DNA of 64,000 bases from Octopus vulgaris. Lineage: Eukaryota. The stretch is from assembly GCA_951406725.2 (NCBI GenBank), contig OX597816.1, positions 54,126,001 to 54,190,000 of the forward strand. The letters run 5' to 3'. The notes under the pieces are model-generated. The model was not told the origin of the DNA. It saw only the letters and a program-made list of their open reading frames with translations, and searched no databases. A program made the translations under genes and the position numbers. This document shows, one piece after another, positions 37,993 to 52,110 of the stretch; position 1 is the first letter of the stretch, and each line of letters begins with the position of its first letter.

Positions 37993-39759
37993 TCTCATTC
38001 AAAAACAATAATATATCCATATCCATCAATGGGAAGCTAACATCTTTGGTTTTTCACTGATACACTGGATAAAACCCGGGAACCTGGTGTTGTCATTCCT
38101 TTAAGTGCCTCACCCGAACCCTATAGCACAATACAATGCAATTGTATCTATAACCCATGATTATATCGCGATGGACTACATTTGGGTGATTTCGCATACG
38201 CAAAAATATTGTATACATAATCCTTATATTTATTTCTAATCTAGACACGAGGCCAGCAATACTGAAGGAGATATTCGGTGCCACCGAGCTTCACAGCTTT
38301 TGACTAATCCTTTATTTTATCGATTCCAAAAAGATGAAAAACAAAGCTAACGTCTGCAGTATTTGGTGTCAGAACGCAAAGAATCGAAACAGTACTGAAC
38401 GGCAGTATTCTATCAACTCGTCTTCTATTAATCAATTGGTGCCAACAAACTGTAAACTTGAGGTTATGTTAATATTATTGTAATTTCCCTTAAACTTGTA
38501 ACCATTACAATCCGTCACATTTCGGATTATGGCTTTTACAATTTTAGAGCAGGAGATAAATATGAAATACCTAATTAACAAAAGGGACAGTGAAGCCCTT
38601 AACACCGCAGAATATGACTGGAAATATCTATAATGTCACGCTTTTGCGGATGAAATTACTCACGTGGTCGGTCACCAGTTGCTACCAAACTGTCATCAAT
38701 TTACTTTCATTGCAGCATCATGTTAAACGAATATACAATGTCATTAATAAGAAAGAGTGTCGTGGGATAAACTAGACAATATTCCTGTTATTGAATATAC
38801 AAGGAATATTGATGGAACATTCCTGCCAAAATTCAGTCAAGCACAAATATAAAAGAAAAAAAAAAAACCGATTCAGTTATTTGGGACAGAAAAAAAGAAT
38901 ATGAATCCTTTTCAGTAGCAAGAGGGTTTCTTTAAAAATCAGTGAGAAGAGAATATTTATAGATAAATACTTGAAAAGTGGCAACTTCTTCACCCTCCAC
39001 CCTCCACCCTGATCATAAATTCATACTCGGTAATGTTAGTAATTGTTTCAAGGACAATCTCAAAAGAATGTGACCAGTCTATATGTACTTAGTAAATACA
39101 ATCTGTAAAATGTGGAGCAGTAAAATATGTAAGGTTCAATGGTTCAATGTCTAGGCATACATGTATGCATGTATATATGTATATATGTAAGAGTATCACG
39201 GCGGAGTTAGAAAATGGAAAATTGACGTATAGAGAACCTTCGGTCACGTGAGATCTTGCTTATCACATGAAAACAGACAAATAATACATTCGCCATCAAC
39301 AAAGAGTGAAAAAAATAAAACTATGAACATTGTTCTGGAACAGTGAAAAGAAATAATTGAAACTGAGACTCTTCAAAAGAAAAAAAAAGAAAAAAAAAGT
39401 AATACTGACTAATAGAGAGTTATTATATTAAATGGAGAATTGAAAACCGTTAGTGAAACTTGAGGAAAGCAATGCATCAGGAAGGGACTTCATTGTTAGA
39501 TACTGATACAAAACAAACAAACAAACAAAAAAACTGAACTTTTATCGGAGTATATTTTCCCTTTTTACCAGTATACAGTCAACGGAAATATAAACATACC
39601 TAGATGATTATCGCTGGCAGAAACAAAATTGATATCCAAAAACAACAATGAAGAACCCCCCCCCCCGCCAAAAAAAAAACTACTGCCCATGTATAAAATT
39701 TATGCAACCTGACCGAACCTGTTCCTCCATGATCACAGTGATTGTAAAATGTCAACCCA

Positions 39760-40260
39760 ATTGAACAAGTAGCCGGAAAGAAAGGAGTTTGGGGATGTTA
39801 ACAAAACTGTGATGATGATATAGGAGGAACCTGATCACAGTCTCGCTGGATTACCAGAAAGTATTTGACTATATTCTCCATTCGTGGAATTCTTTCGACG
39901 TGCCATAGTTCCAGATACTATCATTGAGGCCATAGACAACGTGATTTCACCCTGGGCCGTTATTCTAAAATGAAATACAAGAAGTGATTCGATAGTCGCT
40001 GATTAGATACTGTATTGCAGAAGTATGTTTCAAGGGGACAGTCTGTGATGTTTATACTTTCAGTAACATCCCCACCCACTCTCTTCCTGTGAATCAATCG
40101 CATTTTCTGAAGAATATGCAATTGGTCCACACGGAGACAGAACCACTAACTTAACACATTGCTTGTTTGTGGAAAAACTGGAAATAATTGCCAGGTTATG
40201 ACATTTTCAAAGGTTATAGAGATGGAGTTTGGTCAGGATAAATGTTTTTACATGCTTCTT
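39760..40260 (+). mobile_element. Degenerate RLE-LINE reverse transcriptase remnant
   Basis: LDYQKVFDYILHSW, MFQGDSL, THCLFV and MEFGQDKC occur in the order of R4-group RT motifs 3-6. Confidence 0.65.
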
Positions 40261-42559
40261 AATCAACGAAGAACAATAAGCCCGTCTAGTAACATTTCTA
40301 CAATTTCAAAATTTTAAAATTACTTTACAAAGACTTTCATCACCCGCCTCCACACACCATTCCGAGGTCAATATACTCTTGTGTAAACGACAAGCGGTTG
40401 TTCCTATCCTACACTCGGGAACAACCCAGCTTGAGGTGAAACTCTGGGTAGGTTGAGAGCCTTTGATATAATGAACATCATCCCGACCCCCCACACACAA
40501 CCGGTAGATCAACAACTGTAAATGATCTCGAACACAGAGCAACATATTCACAGAATGGCATGAGATTGCGAAGATTGCTAATTGCGTTAGAAAACTAAAT
40601 TGTTTGGCGGGTTTACAGAAATAGATTTGTGCCACCGTCTACCCCACGAACCAGCCTCATTACTAAAACACTTGACTACTTACCTAAATTTTATGACTAT
40701 AAACTCTCTGGGTCAACGTATGATATATTTCAGTTCTCCCGCATTGTATTTTAATATAAATTTTACGGGAACTATTTTAAAGAATCTAAACCCATTAGAT
40801 TTAAATAGAAAGCAAAAAATGAATTCTTTGTTTCAATGTTGGTAGAAATTAACATCTTAATAGCGGAGCGGTGGGGTGTGTCTACTGCCCCCCCCCCAAC
40901 CGAGTTTAGTTTCGGAAATAACAATTACCATGTACTTTAAAACAAAAATAAGTAGTGTAATTCAATATCGAACGGAATTCTGAACACTAGATGGCGCCAA
41001 ACGAACGTCAACTTTATATCTACAATAAATGTATAGGAGGTTTTAAGCATTTAAAATATTTACTATTAGTTCAAAGAATTGAATATTCAATTGCAATGAA
41101 TATTCATCATATGCGAAGGAATCAATAATGAAACGTTCATTAATTCAGATCAGCAGTTTTATTTATTCCATTCTTTGAATGAGTAACCATAAACGATAAG
41201 GCAACCATTCCTGTTCCATTGGATTCTTCAGACTCTGCCGGTCAGCATTAAAAGGCAGCTGCGAACAAAACGCTACTGAAAGCTGCCGCCATTATAAATC
41301 GGAAACTATACTAAACGAACGCTGGAAAATAGTTTAGAAACGAACATTTAAATCTATTGTCAATATTCTTCACAAATGAAATGACTATAGAAGTCATTCC
41401 GTAAAGCTGAATGGAATTAAAGAATTACAAATATAAATATTCAAGAAATATTTTTATGAAGAAATGAAGTGTGCACACGTAGTTTACACATTTCATAGAA
41501 GGAAATCTATTGAGGAAAACTAAGGACACGAATTGCAGAAAAAGAAAATCGAATGGTAAAACAAAAAAACAAAACAAAACAAAAAAACAAAAAAAAAACA
41601 ACTTTAGAATATTAACCGAAAGTAAATACTAGAAAGTAAAATGATAAAAACTTAAGTTTTCAAGCACTTAAGAATAAACACTTGAAGGATTTCGTCTTTG
41701 TATTAGGTTATCTATTTTGGTCGATAATTTCTGTCACAACGAAGCAGTAACCATTTGAATATTGTACGGTGATTGATAAACTCATCATAAATATATTCTA
41801 GTTTGTAACCTAGTGGACATGATTAGCTCCTCACCTACTGATAAATCGATCATTATATTCACTAGTTCCTTACAGATTAATTGATCATTCAATTTACCAA
41901 GACTATCATAGTCTTTGATATATTTATGTCTGAAATTTCCAAAGAGAATTTGACTAAACCTTATTCCATGTTAGGCCTTTAGCATTCGCTTTATTTATTT
42001 AATTTTAACGAAGAAGAATATATTGTCTCTTAACCAACATAAAATGGTTGCAAATACTATAGCCGTTCCCTTGCTTTGTTTTAAAGAAATCAATAGAGTC
42101 ATTAGGAAAGAGCTGAAACATTCTCTAACAATATTATTAGCGAGGAAACATTAATGACAACATTAAATTAGCGACACAACTGAAGCAGAATGTACGAAGC
42201 AGATAAAAACAGCAGTTATTGTGAGTTTATGATGAGGCATTTAAAAGATATTGGAACACATATTAGCAAGCCAAAGAAAAAAATAACCCCCCGAAAAAAG
42301 AGCGTTTTTGTAAGTGAAATACAACGAAAGCGTTTTTAGACTCGGCTGTGTATCTCTAAATACATTTGACCATGTTTTCTAGAGATAATCTGGTTACTTT
42401 GGCCATGGCGTTAGTTGTATTATTTACTCAACTTTTCAATTAAATCTCACGTTTCCTGTCACCTATTTAGTTGTGACAGGCCTCCATCTTGGCGACAGCC
42501 CAATGACTAAAACAAGTAAATGATAAAAAAATAAAAGTAATCTGTTGGGCGAGATTATT

Positions 42560-42900
42560 CTCATTGAAATGATGTGAGATGCAAACATCGAGTCTGCCGA
42601 TGTAATCAAGGTGATATCCAAATCACGTTTTGGCTATTTGGAGAATATTTGCGATCATTTCGGTCGTATAATACCGGTTAGTTTCGCTGTTAATTTCAGT
42701 TAGCCGGCTAAAGCGATATGCATCTTTAACCGGAAAAACTCCCTATCGAAATCTTTAAGCCACTTCTGGCTCACACGTTCCGTAACAGCATCTTCTCCGT
42801 ACACAGCGCATAATTTCCTCTAGGTTTCCACTGCTTTCTTGCCTTTAAAATTCATGACGCATCGATAATGTTTTATTTTCCTGTAGCAGATTCAGAATAT
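42560..42900 (-). mobile_element. Old mariner transposase 5' fragment
   Basis: AVET.RKLCAVYGEDAVTER..QKW, similar to the N-terminus at 2390. Confidence 0.6.
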
Positions 42901-42972
42901 TTTCTGAGAATATGCACTTTCAAGTCTTTTTTCAAAATTGCAACCGTTTGATGTAAAATGTTCGGCAAGCGT

Positions 42973-43085
42973 ACGAGTTTAGTGTACGCAGCAGAATGCA
43001 CCAAATACAACTTGATTTATGTTGGTTGTACAACAGAACAGTTAAACAAAAGATCCATTGAGTACAGATATGACATCAGGCACGT
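42973..43085 (+). mobile_element. Penelope-like GIY-YIG endonuclease fragment
   Basis: SLVYAAECTKYNLIYVGCTTEQLNKRSIEYRYDI fits the PLE GIY-YIG pattern (VY..C..C..YVG.T..L..R..EH..DI). Confidence 0.7.
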
Positions 43086-43091
43086 ATTGTC

Positions 43092-43132
<41 letters not shown>

Positions 43133-43139
43133 ATTTTTA

Positions 43140-43565
43140 TCATAGATTTTGTTGGAGTTTCTGGAGTCTTGCATGCGTAGTGGGCTTACTACCTGCAGCC
43201 TACGGTGCCATGCTATTCGTTCTTTCCAGCTATCTCATACTTTCCTGATTATTCTGGCCGTGTCAAGGAGGCAAAACTTTTGTAACAGTTCTACTGGACA
43301 CTCTATTCCAATTTCCTTTATATTCCTCTTGATGCATTCTTATACTATTCCCAAGGACCCAACAATAATTGGCACTACCTTCACCTTCATTTTCCATAAC
43401 TGGGCTATTTCGAACTTAATAGGGTTGTAGTTATCTATCTTTTCGCCTTCCCTTTTGACTATTCGTGGGTCAAAGGGACATGCAGTATCAACTATATAGC
43501 ATATGTGGTGCATCTTGTCCACCACCACTGGGTCTGGTCTGTTATGTTCCGGCACCACTATTATT
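43140..43565 (-). mobile_element. R4/Dong-like LINE 3' fragment ending in (TAA)n
   Basis: HNRPDPVVVDK..CYIVDTACPFD..K.GEKIDNY..VPIIVGSLG...TARIIRKV; (ATT)n at 43093-43130. Confidence 0.85.
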
Positions 43566-44067
43566 TTTCGACATCTCATAATTTCAAGTAACTTTCTATT
43601 GCATCGCTTGCTGCACTTTTGTGCTGGTGAGTGTTGTTTGTTCTGCATTTTCTCTCCTGGAGATTACTGTATTGCATCAGTATGTTTTGTTACGGGTTTT
43701 GGCTTGAGTCGTCTGTTGTATTAATTTTTGTATTGTGTGTTGTTTGTGCAGTGCAGGTTTTGTTCTTCTGTTGGGTGTCCGGCCTCTATGTCACATGTGG
43801 ACGATGTTGATTTTATTGGGTATTTACATAGCCTCGTATGTGTTTGCAGCAGAAGTATTGCATAGTAGTGTGTGTAAATCATAAATCAACCGTTACATCG
43901 TATTCATGATTATCTGTCCATCGTTCTTTGTTTGTTTGGTTTTGTTATGGGTCAGTCTTTACAACGTTTACTTTTTGGCAGATCACCGCTTATGGACATG
44001 TGTTGATGTTGCTTTCGTATTTATGATTATTGTTGACGTACAAGCGAGAGACCGAGAAGAAACACCA

Positions 44068-44124
<57 letters not shown>

Positions 44125-44251
44125 ACTTGTATAGATATGAAAGCATAAGTAATTAAAATTCTAAAATTCTATTCACATGGTTGCAGTTTTCGTACTGAAC
44201 TGAGTTTTATGCCCATTTCCTTTATCCAAACGGTTCATTATTATTATTTTA

Positions 44252-44886
44252 TTCTATTTGCACAGCTTCTAACGCTGGAGATGTACTACGGTGTCAGCTG
44301 TTCACTACCAGTAAACTAAGGTACCACCCCTTATTTTTTGAGCATCATCCGAGAGCAGCACATGCCATCAAAGTGATACCGGGGTACAAATATACGAAGC
44401 CAAATATACTCATCTTGACTACCCGTCTGATAAGGGTACACCAGGCACATGCATCACAACCGTATGTGCGCAACAAGGTGATCTTATATCAAGATAAGCA
44501 GCGCATGACCTTGCAGGTTGGGGCCTAGTTAGAATTTGCTGCAGGTCGAGTTGCCCACCCCACTCAAGAGGTTCCTGAATAAGGTTTGTTTAAGGATAAT
44601 GAATGAAAAGCCCATGTTTCCTGAGATGAATTATTCAAACTCCAAAGAACTCCTCTCAACACATGCCTATGATGCTCCCCAGTTACTTCTGCTCTTGATC
44701 AGAGATGCACATATCGTCAGCCACTAAGGGACATGCGCAACTGACAAGCAAATCTGTGATATTGAACAGAATATTTGCTGTAGCCCATCTTTTATAACAA
44801 GACAAAATAATGTACATGATAACATTTCCAATCAGTTAAGATCAGAAGCCATGAGACACAATGCCTGGTACTGCATCAGGACATTT
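44252..44886 (-). mobile_element. Non-coding ~630-bp retroelement carrying the 3' ~95 nt of the adjacent R4/Dong LINE
   Basis: 44257-44352 aligns to 44924-45020 (LINE stop codon plus 3' UTR); (ATT)n on both sides; no ORF. Confidence 0.7.
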
Positions 44887-44923
44887 ATTAATTATTATTA
44901 TTATTATTATTATTATTATTGTC

Positions 44924-46555
44924 TTTGCATAGCATCTAGCACTGGAGATGTACTACGGGGACAGCTGTTCACTACAAGTGAACTATGGTAACACTCCTTA
45001 TTTTTCGAGCACCATCCGGAGTATTCGAGCGGTTCTAAGCAGTACTGTTTTCTGCAAGTGCTTCGCCCTTAGTGCAGCCCCTATTTGTTCCATGTACTTC
45101 TCAAAATTTTGAAACATTGTTCCCATGGCTCCAACAATTATTGGTAGTACTTCTACCTTTTTCATCGACCACAATTGCTTAAACTCCCAAGCTAACCTTT
45201 CATATCTATCGACTTTTCTTTCTTCCTTATCGCATACCTTGTTGTCAACTGGGCATGCTATATCTATGATCCAGGATCGTTTGCTTTCTTTCCCAATGAA
45301 CACTATGTTTGGTTTCCTATTCTCTATCTCATGGTCGCACTGAATCATAAAATCCCATAGGATCTTTACACTATCATTTTCGATGATGCTTTCGGGTTTA
45401 TGTTCGTACCTTTTTTTTGCTGTCAAGTCCATACTAGTTGTAAAGTGTCCAATGGACAATCCTTGTTATATGGTCATGACGTCTCTTATTTGCTTTCTGA
45501 GCTAGTGGCGTACATTGACTCGTAATATTTCATATGCTTTCCCCATTTTGCCATAAATTTTGCACTTATCATTTTGTGATGTGTTGTCTACTTTGTATTT
45601 GATGTAATTGATTCCTAATGCTTGCTCTTGGGCAGAAGAGATTAGAGTCTCCGTTTGCGGTTTGAAATCACTTTCAGCGCTTTATCTTTGCAATCTGCCA
45701 TCCTACACAAGCCTGACCTTCTTACTTCTAATGATAACGGTTCTGTGGCATTTTTTACATACCATGCTATGTTGCTTTCTTTTGCTCTAATGCAGTGTTC
45801 GCATCCAATCAGTCCTCTTCCCTCTCATTTTCTTGGTACATACAGTCTGTCTGTGTCATGTTTTGGGTGGAGTATCCCATATCTAGTCAGCAACTTCCTT
45901 GATTTTCTGTTTAAGCTGTTTAGTTCGTCTACTGTCCATGCGATTATCCCTGCTCCACATCTAAGGAGCGAAACCGCCCAAGAGTTGATAGCTTCAATCT
46001 TATTCCGTCCGTTTAATTTCGACTTAAGGATCAGTCTCAGTCTGCCCAAATACTCCACCTTAATTTTTTATCTCATTTCTTTCTCCATCAGTTTATCCAT
46101 TTCCAGTATTTCCAAGTACTTATAGCCCGTCTCTTCTATCTGCCTCATAATCTTCCCCGACGGTATCGTTAGCCTGTCCATACATTTGATTTTGTCTCTG
46201 TTGAAGACTAACACACCACGCTTTTTCAGTCCGAACTTCATTCTCATACCAGCACTGAAAGTATACATCGTATCAAAGAAGGAATTGACATCGGATTCAT
46301 CTTTACCATAAAGTTAGAGGTCATCCATGAATAATAAATGGCTAACTTTTTTTGGCGGCTTTTGAATACATACCCAGCTTTTGCTTTCCTCACAATCATA
46401 CACAGTGCAAATATCAGTGGGGACAGGCAGTCCCCTTGGAAGATGTCTCTCCTGATTTCTATTGCCCCTAAACCTCTTCTATATGCTGCCAGTTCCGTCC
46501 TTCACTTCGCCATACATTTTTCAAGCAATCGCTCAACATTCGAGAATGTGGGATC
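44924..46555 (-). mobile_element. 5'-truncated R4/Dong-like LINE (RT C-half, knuckle region, RLE)
   Basis: IFQGDCLSPL, FMDDL, FGLKK, YKYL, KIEAINSWAVSLLR, DTDRLYVPR, KILWDF, IIDIACPVD, ARILRMVLEK*; followed by (TAA)n. Confidence 0.92.
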
Positions 46556-46569
46556 ATTTGGTATGATCC

Positions 46570-48050
46570 CAAACAATCAATCACCTCCTCTTCATGGATG
46601 ATTTGAAACTGTATGGCAAAGATGAGACACAAGTGAGTTCCTTGGTGGACACGGTCTACTGTTTTAGTACTGATATTAGGATGGAATTTGGACTCAAGAA
46701 ATGCGGAGTAATCCACTTAAAAAAAGGTATGGTACAGTCCCTAACAAGGATAGAATTACTGAATAGAGGTTTGACTTAGCAAATTGAAATGGAAGGATGC
46801 AAATACCTTGGTGTACTAGAGTGCAACGAGATAATGGAAAAGGAAATGAAAGGGCAACCAAGGATGGAGTATTTCTGAAGACTGAGGTTGGTGTTATGAT
46901 CAAAATTGACTGGATGGAATAAAATCCAAGCAGTTAATATGTAAGTTATAGCATCACTTCGGTATGGAGCGGGAATTATAAAATGGCAAAAGAGAGAAAT
47001 GAGGAAAATGGATACCAAGACCAGAAAGACACCGATAGGCTGTATTTGTCCAAAAGAAAGGGTGGGAGAGATTTGATCAGTTGCCAGGACTGTATCAAAG
47101 CAGAGGAAAACAACTCAGGGTGGTATATAAAACATGCCTTGGAGCCACTATTGAAACACAGGGAGAAGACAGGCGTCATCAAAACGGAAAATTGTGTAAA
47201 AAAAGGAAAAATTTAAACAAGAAATGAACAAAGAAAAAAAAAAGAAAGCATGGAAGGACAAGAAAATGTACGGTACGTCTGCAAGAGATGTGAACACCTA
47301 GACAGATACAGAGGTGGCTATGGATGAGGAGGAGTGACCTGAAGATAGAGACAGAAGCACTCATATGCGCAGCTTAAGAACAAGCGTGAAGGACCAACTA
47401 TATGAGGTGCTGAATAAACACATGCAGAATGTATGGTGAGAGAGGTGAAACGGTATGGCATATCGTGAGCGAATGCCCAAATTGGGCATAACATGGATAC
47501 AAAGGACATCATGGCAATATGGCAGGAATGATCCATTGAGAGCTATGTGGAAATCACAGCCTACAAAGAGAAAAGATGTGGTATGAGAAAACTTCAGAAG
47601 TAGTCACCGATAATGAGAACTGCAAAATACTGTGGGATGGAATGATCCAGTGCAATCACCCGATCAGACATCGGAAACCAGACATTGTTGTGGTGAGTAA
47701 AAAAGAAAGAACATGTATGATCATCGACATAGCATGCTCAAGTGACAACAGGATCAATGTGAAAGAAGAAGAAAATATAAACAAGTTTGACAATTTGAAG
47801 TGAGAAACATGAAGGTTGTCAATGAAGAGCGTAGACGTGATACGAATAGTAATTGGTGTACTTGGAAGTATCAGCACTCAGCTACGAACGTAACTGTAAA
47901 AGATTGCTACAAACATCAGCATTGCTTGGAACTGCAAGAATTTTTCACAGGTTTCTTGAATTATGACCAGTAAACAAGTGTCCCCCCAGTGGAAAGCTGA
48001 CACTTTCCATCATACCAAGAAAAATAAAAAAATAAACTGTGAGCTTTCAT
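46570..48050 (+). mobile_element. 5'-truncated R4/Dong-like LINE of a second subfamily
   Basis: TINHLLFMDDLKLYGKDE, FGLKKC, KYLG, DTDRLYLSKRKGGR, ETVWHIVSEC, KILWDG, KPDIVVV, IIDIAC; many stops and frameshifts; followed by (TAC)n. Confidence 0.92.
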
Positions 48051-48055
48051 ATGAA

Positions 48056-48120
<65 letters not shown>

Positions 48121-48123
48121 CAA

Positions 48124-48339
48124 TCCTTTCTACTGTAAGAACAAAGCCTCAAATTTTTGGGGAAGGGATTAAGTCGAATACATCGACGCCAGTGCGTAAC
48201 TGGCACTTATTTAATCAACCCCGAAATGATGAACGGCAAAGTCGACCTTGACGAAATTTAAACTCAGAACGTAACGGCGGACGAAATACCGCTAAGCATT
48301 TCGTCCAGCGCGCTAACGATTCTGCAAGCGCACAGCCTT
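48124..48339 (-). mobile_element. SINE with family A body and the alternative tail
   Basis: Homologous to 26388-26581 and to the head of 3351-3584. Confidence 0.85.
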
Positions 48340-49274
48340 AATGATGATAATAATATTAGTGATAAGGAGATCGTATGTTCGAATCCGACTTGAGATTCGA
48401 GTGTATTGACAGCGTAACCCCATTACCGAACTAAAAACGAATCGATCTTTTTTCGAATGGGAGGTTACCGCCTTAAAGTTCCAACGGGGTAGATTTCAGT
48501 TGTTTAACTGTAGACTAGACCCGATCACGTAGATTAATGATCCGGCGTTTTCCATCCGTGGCTCTCTCATGTTTTTGTATATTAAGATTGTATTATTCAA
48601 TGCAACTCTCTTTCAATAGTGTGTCATATGAGGGAGATTTAGTTACTATTTCTACTAGGTCGAGGGATGACTTGAAAACTCTTTTGTTTGGGGTGTATGT
48701 TACTTTTGGTAAGATCGAATGATGTGGAATTTTGGATAAAAAGGTGTTGTCAAACGAGAAGAGATGAGGGAATTGGCTTCTATGAGTTATAAAGTAAAAA
48801 AATCGGAGTAAATCTACACATCATGTGATAAGTGGTTTAATAGCAAAAGAAGATTTCTGTAGCTATTTCACAGTATATTATTTTACCGTTCTTGGAATTT
48901 GTTCATGGAAGCATTTCCAGAGAAGAAGAAATAGCAAAAACCCAAACTTAAAACATTGTAAATAACTTATGCTTTTGAAATATCAATATGCTTATTTGTT
49001 TGTTACAGTTGCTAAGTAAAGAGAGACCACGTTGCCATCATCTCTCTGCTCTCTTCCCTCCCTCACACACACACTCTCCGCGTCTCTCTATGTTCTGTGC
49101 TTTCAGTCAAATATAATATGTATATATTGAGGTTTTAAAAAGGTGTAAAGCTTAACATACACAGCGAAGTAATTAACACTTTTCAATTTTCTGCATTTCT
49201 CGAGAGGATCTGCCAAGTATCGCAGCTGCATTTTAAATTCATACACACTTGTTTTAATCAAAATCATACAAAAT

Positions 49275-49372
49275 TTGTATACATACATAGATACATAGAT
49301 ACATACATACATACATACATACATACATGCATACATACATACATACACACATACATACATACATACATACAT

Positions 49373-49403
<31 letters not shown>

Positions 49404-49460
49404 TATATATGCACACGTACACACTCGTATACATGCATACATACATACAAATATATATAC

Positions 49461-49528
<68 letters not shown>

Positions 49529-49770
49529 ATATGCATGTGTGTGTGTGTAAGTATAGAAAACAAATTAAAATGCTGTAAATTAATTCCACCGTTTTCCGTT
49601 AAATTCTAACAGTATTTGGCAAGATCTTATTTCCTGTTCACTCACGCACACACACTTACACTCACTCATCTACACACAGACATGCATAGATTTATGTGTG
49701 TGTGTGTGTGTGTGTGTGCGTGTGTGTTTGGACGCGTGTGTGTGTGGACGCGTGTGTGTACGCGTATATG
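49275..49770. repeat. Compound (CATA)n/(TA)n/(GT)n microsatellite block
   Basis: Directly visible; source of many spurious ORFs. Confidence 0.95.
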
Positions 49771-50507
49771 CGCTCCATTTTATGGAGTAATCATTGTTGA
49801 ATGCTTGAAATTCATTCTAAGCATTGCACTATTTCATTAAACTTCAGCCGAACATAAAAAAATATTTTAATCGTACATTTAGATGAATATTCCTGCTGTT
49901 GCTAAGCAGCCTGCAGTTCTGGCCATTAAATGAGGCGACATCATCCGATGTTTCGCTCAGCGGTATGTATTACCTTGTATCATAATAACTATTTAATAGA
50001 TTAATATTTTAATAATATAAGTATTATATCGCATTAATGGCTGATGTTGCTGCATATAGTTCAATAGTAAGCCCGTCTCCACAGTGTAGTACTGAACTTT
50101 TGGGGAACTGTTTCCAGGTTTTATGTTTATCTACTACATGCTTGAGGAAGGCATGAATATCACAGACTCATTTCTGTTTCGATAGAAATTGTGCTAATGG
50201 TTAGAAGTGAGTGTTTGGTTGTTATCAAATCTAAAATTAAAAGCAAAGCCAAATATCATCGATCTAATGAGTAAATATCTTACTTGTAAATACTAATATT
50301 GAAAGTTCAATTAGAAATTGAAGAATTTACAATTATCAATTGTTTACTTGATTGATAATTACATACTGTTCGATGATTCAATAAGCAGGTAGGGGTTGTT
50401 AAAAGACTTTCTGTTCTAACGCCTGCACATGCATTTACGCACACATACACACATACATACATACACACATACACACACACATACATACATACATACATAC
50501 ATACATA

Positions 50508-50538
<31 letters not shown>

Positions 50539-50608
50539 ATACATACATGCATACATACATACATACATACATGCATAATACATACATACATACACACATG
50601 CATACATA

Positions 50609-51425
50609 TTGGTAGAAAGCTCCAAGATGATAGTAACTTTCATCATCAAAGCAGTCTATCATGGACCAATAACCGGGTTGCTACCTCCCACTTCAAAGGA
50701 TATGTGTGCGTTTGTAATCCAGTAACAGGAAGTATCAACTAAATACCTGGTGCACAAAAGGGACAGAGATGCAGGAAAAGCAGCAAAATAGGACAACTGA
50801 TGCAAACATTGTGGAGTTTACACTGAAGATATCATTCACATCATAAGCAGTTGTACGAAAATGTCATAACGGTTATATCTACCGATGAGAGATGGTGCTG
50901 TAACCAGGATACAGCATAATGAGATCCATTGAAAGGATAACCACGAGGACAAAGAAATAAGAACTAACAGTATGGTGGACGAAATAGCCATTCATAATAA
51001 AAAGGTGTACTGTTGGAATGTCCCAGTGGAAACCTCAATAAAATGTAAGCAAAACACACCTGATATAATGATTTGGGACAGGAAAGAGAAACTGTGTACA
51101 GTTGTGGAAATTAGCTGCCCAGCAGATGTTAACATAAAACCGAAGATCAGTGAAAAAGCAAATGCCTATGCTGAACTGTTGAGAAATCTGCAGTTACTCT
51201 ATTCAGATTACACGTTCAGGTTTATACCTGCAATGATTGGGGCCCTGGGATATGTAACACACTGCCTAAATACCAATGTTGAGAAATTGAGCTTCTCAAA
51301 ATCAGAAAGGTGAAAGCTGATTTGAAGACTTTAGATCCAATCCATCACTGGAACTGTAAAAATTTGTAAAACCTTCCAGAAGTTTATAATTTAAGTGTAG
51401 ATGAGCATGTCTAGATATTCAAGTT
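50609..51425 (+). mobile_element. RLE LINE family 2 3' fragment, flanked by (CATA)n on both sides
   Basis: C..CG..TEDIIHIISSC knuckle, NTPDIMIWDR, VEISCPADVN, K.N.YAELLRNLQLLY, SITGTVKICKTF. Confidence 0.88.
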
Positions 51426-51480
51426 TATACATACATACATACATACATACATACATACATACATACATACATACATACAT

Positions 51481-51511
<31 letters not shown>

Positions 51512-51585
51512 TACATACATACATACATACATACATACATACATACATACATACATACATACATACATACATACATACATACATA

Positions 51586-51995
51586 CAAGGTATGTACCAT
51601 CGTAGAGGTCAGCTGCCCTGAAGATATAAATATTTCTTTTAAAACCAAAGAAAAAGAGGATATCTATGGACAACTGCTTCGAAACCTCCAGCTTCTATAA
51701 CCAGACTATGAATTCATATTCATACAAATGATAATTGGGGCACTAGATTTTGTTAATAAATGCTTAAAGGAGAATCTGGATAAGCTGGGATTTTCAGAAA
51801 GAGAAACTGACCGCTTGGTTCGTACATTACAAGTGCAATCTATGAGTGGAACAGTAAAAATATGCAAGACTTTTCTCAAGTTCCAAATGTAAATTCGTCT
51901 GTGTTAACTACATCCCAAAGATGGAGCCTTGTATCTTTGTTGGAAACCGGCTCCCTCCTCAGTGAAAGATTTATAATAATTAAAAAATAGAAGAT
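51586..51995 (+). mobile_element. Second RLE family 2 3' fragment in tandem, flanked by (CATA)n
   Basis: KVCTIVEVSCPEDIN...KEKEDIYGQLLRNLQLL...SMSGTVKICKTFLKF. Confidence 0.88.
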
Positions 51996-52078
51996 ACATA
52001 CATACATGCATACATACATACATACATACATAAATACATACATAAATACATACATACATACATACATAAATACATACA

Positions 52079-52110
<32 letters not shown>

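Noticed and set aside
49000-50000. RFX-like GTTGCTAAG motifs as the receptor's promoter or first exon
   Set aside because: Partial motifs only; no minus-strand exon or donor could be tied to the gene, so the upstream exon remains unlocated.
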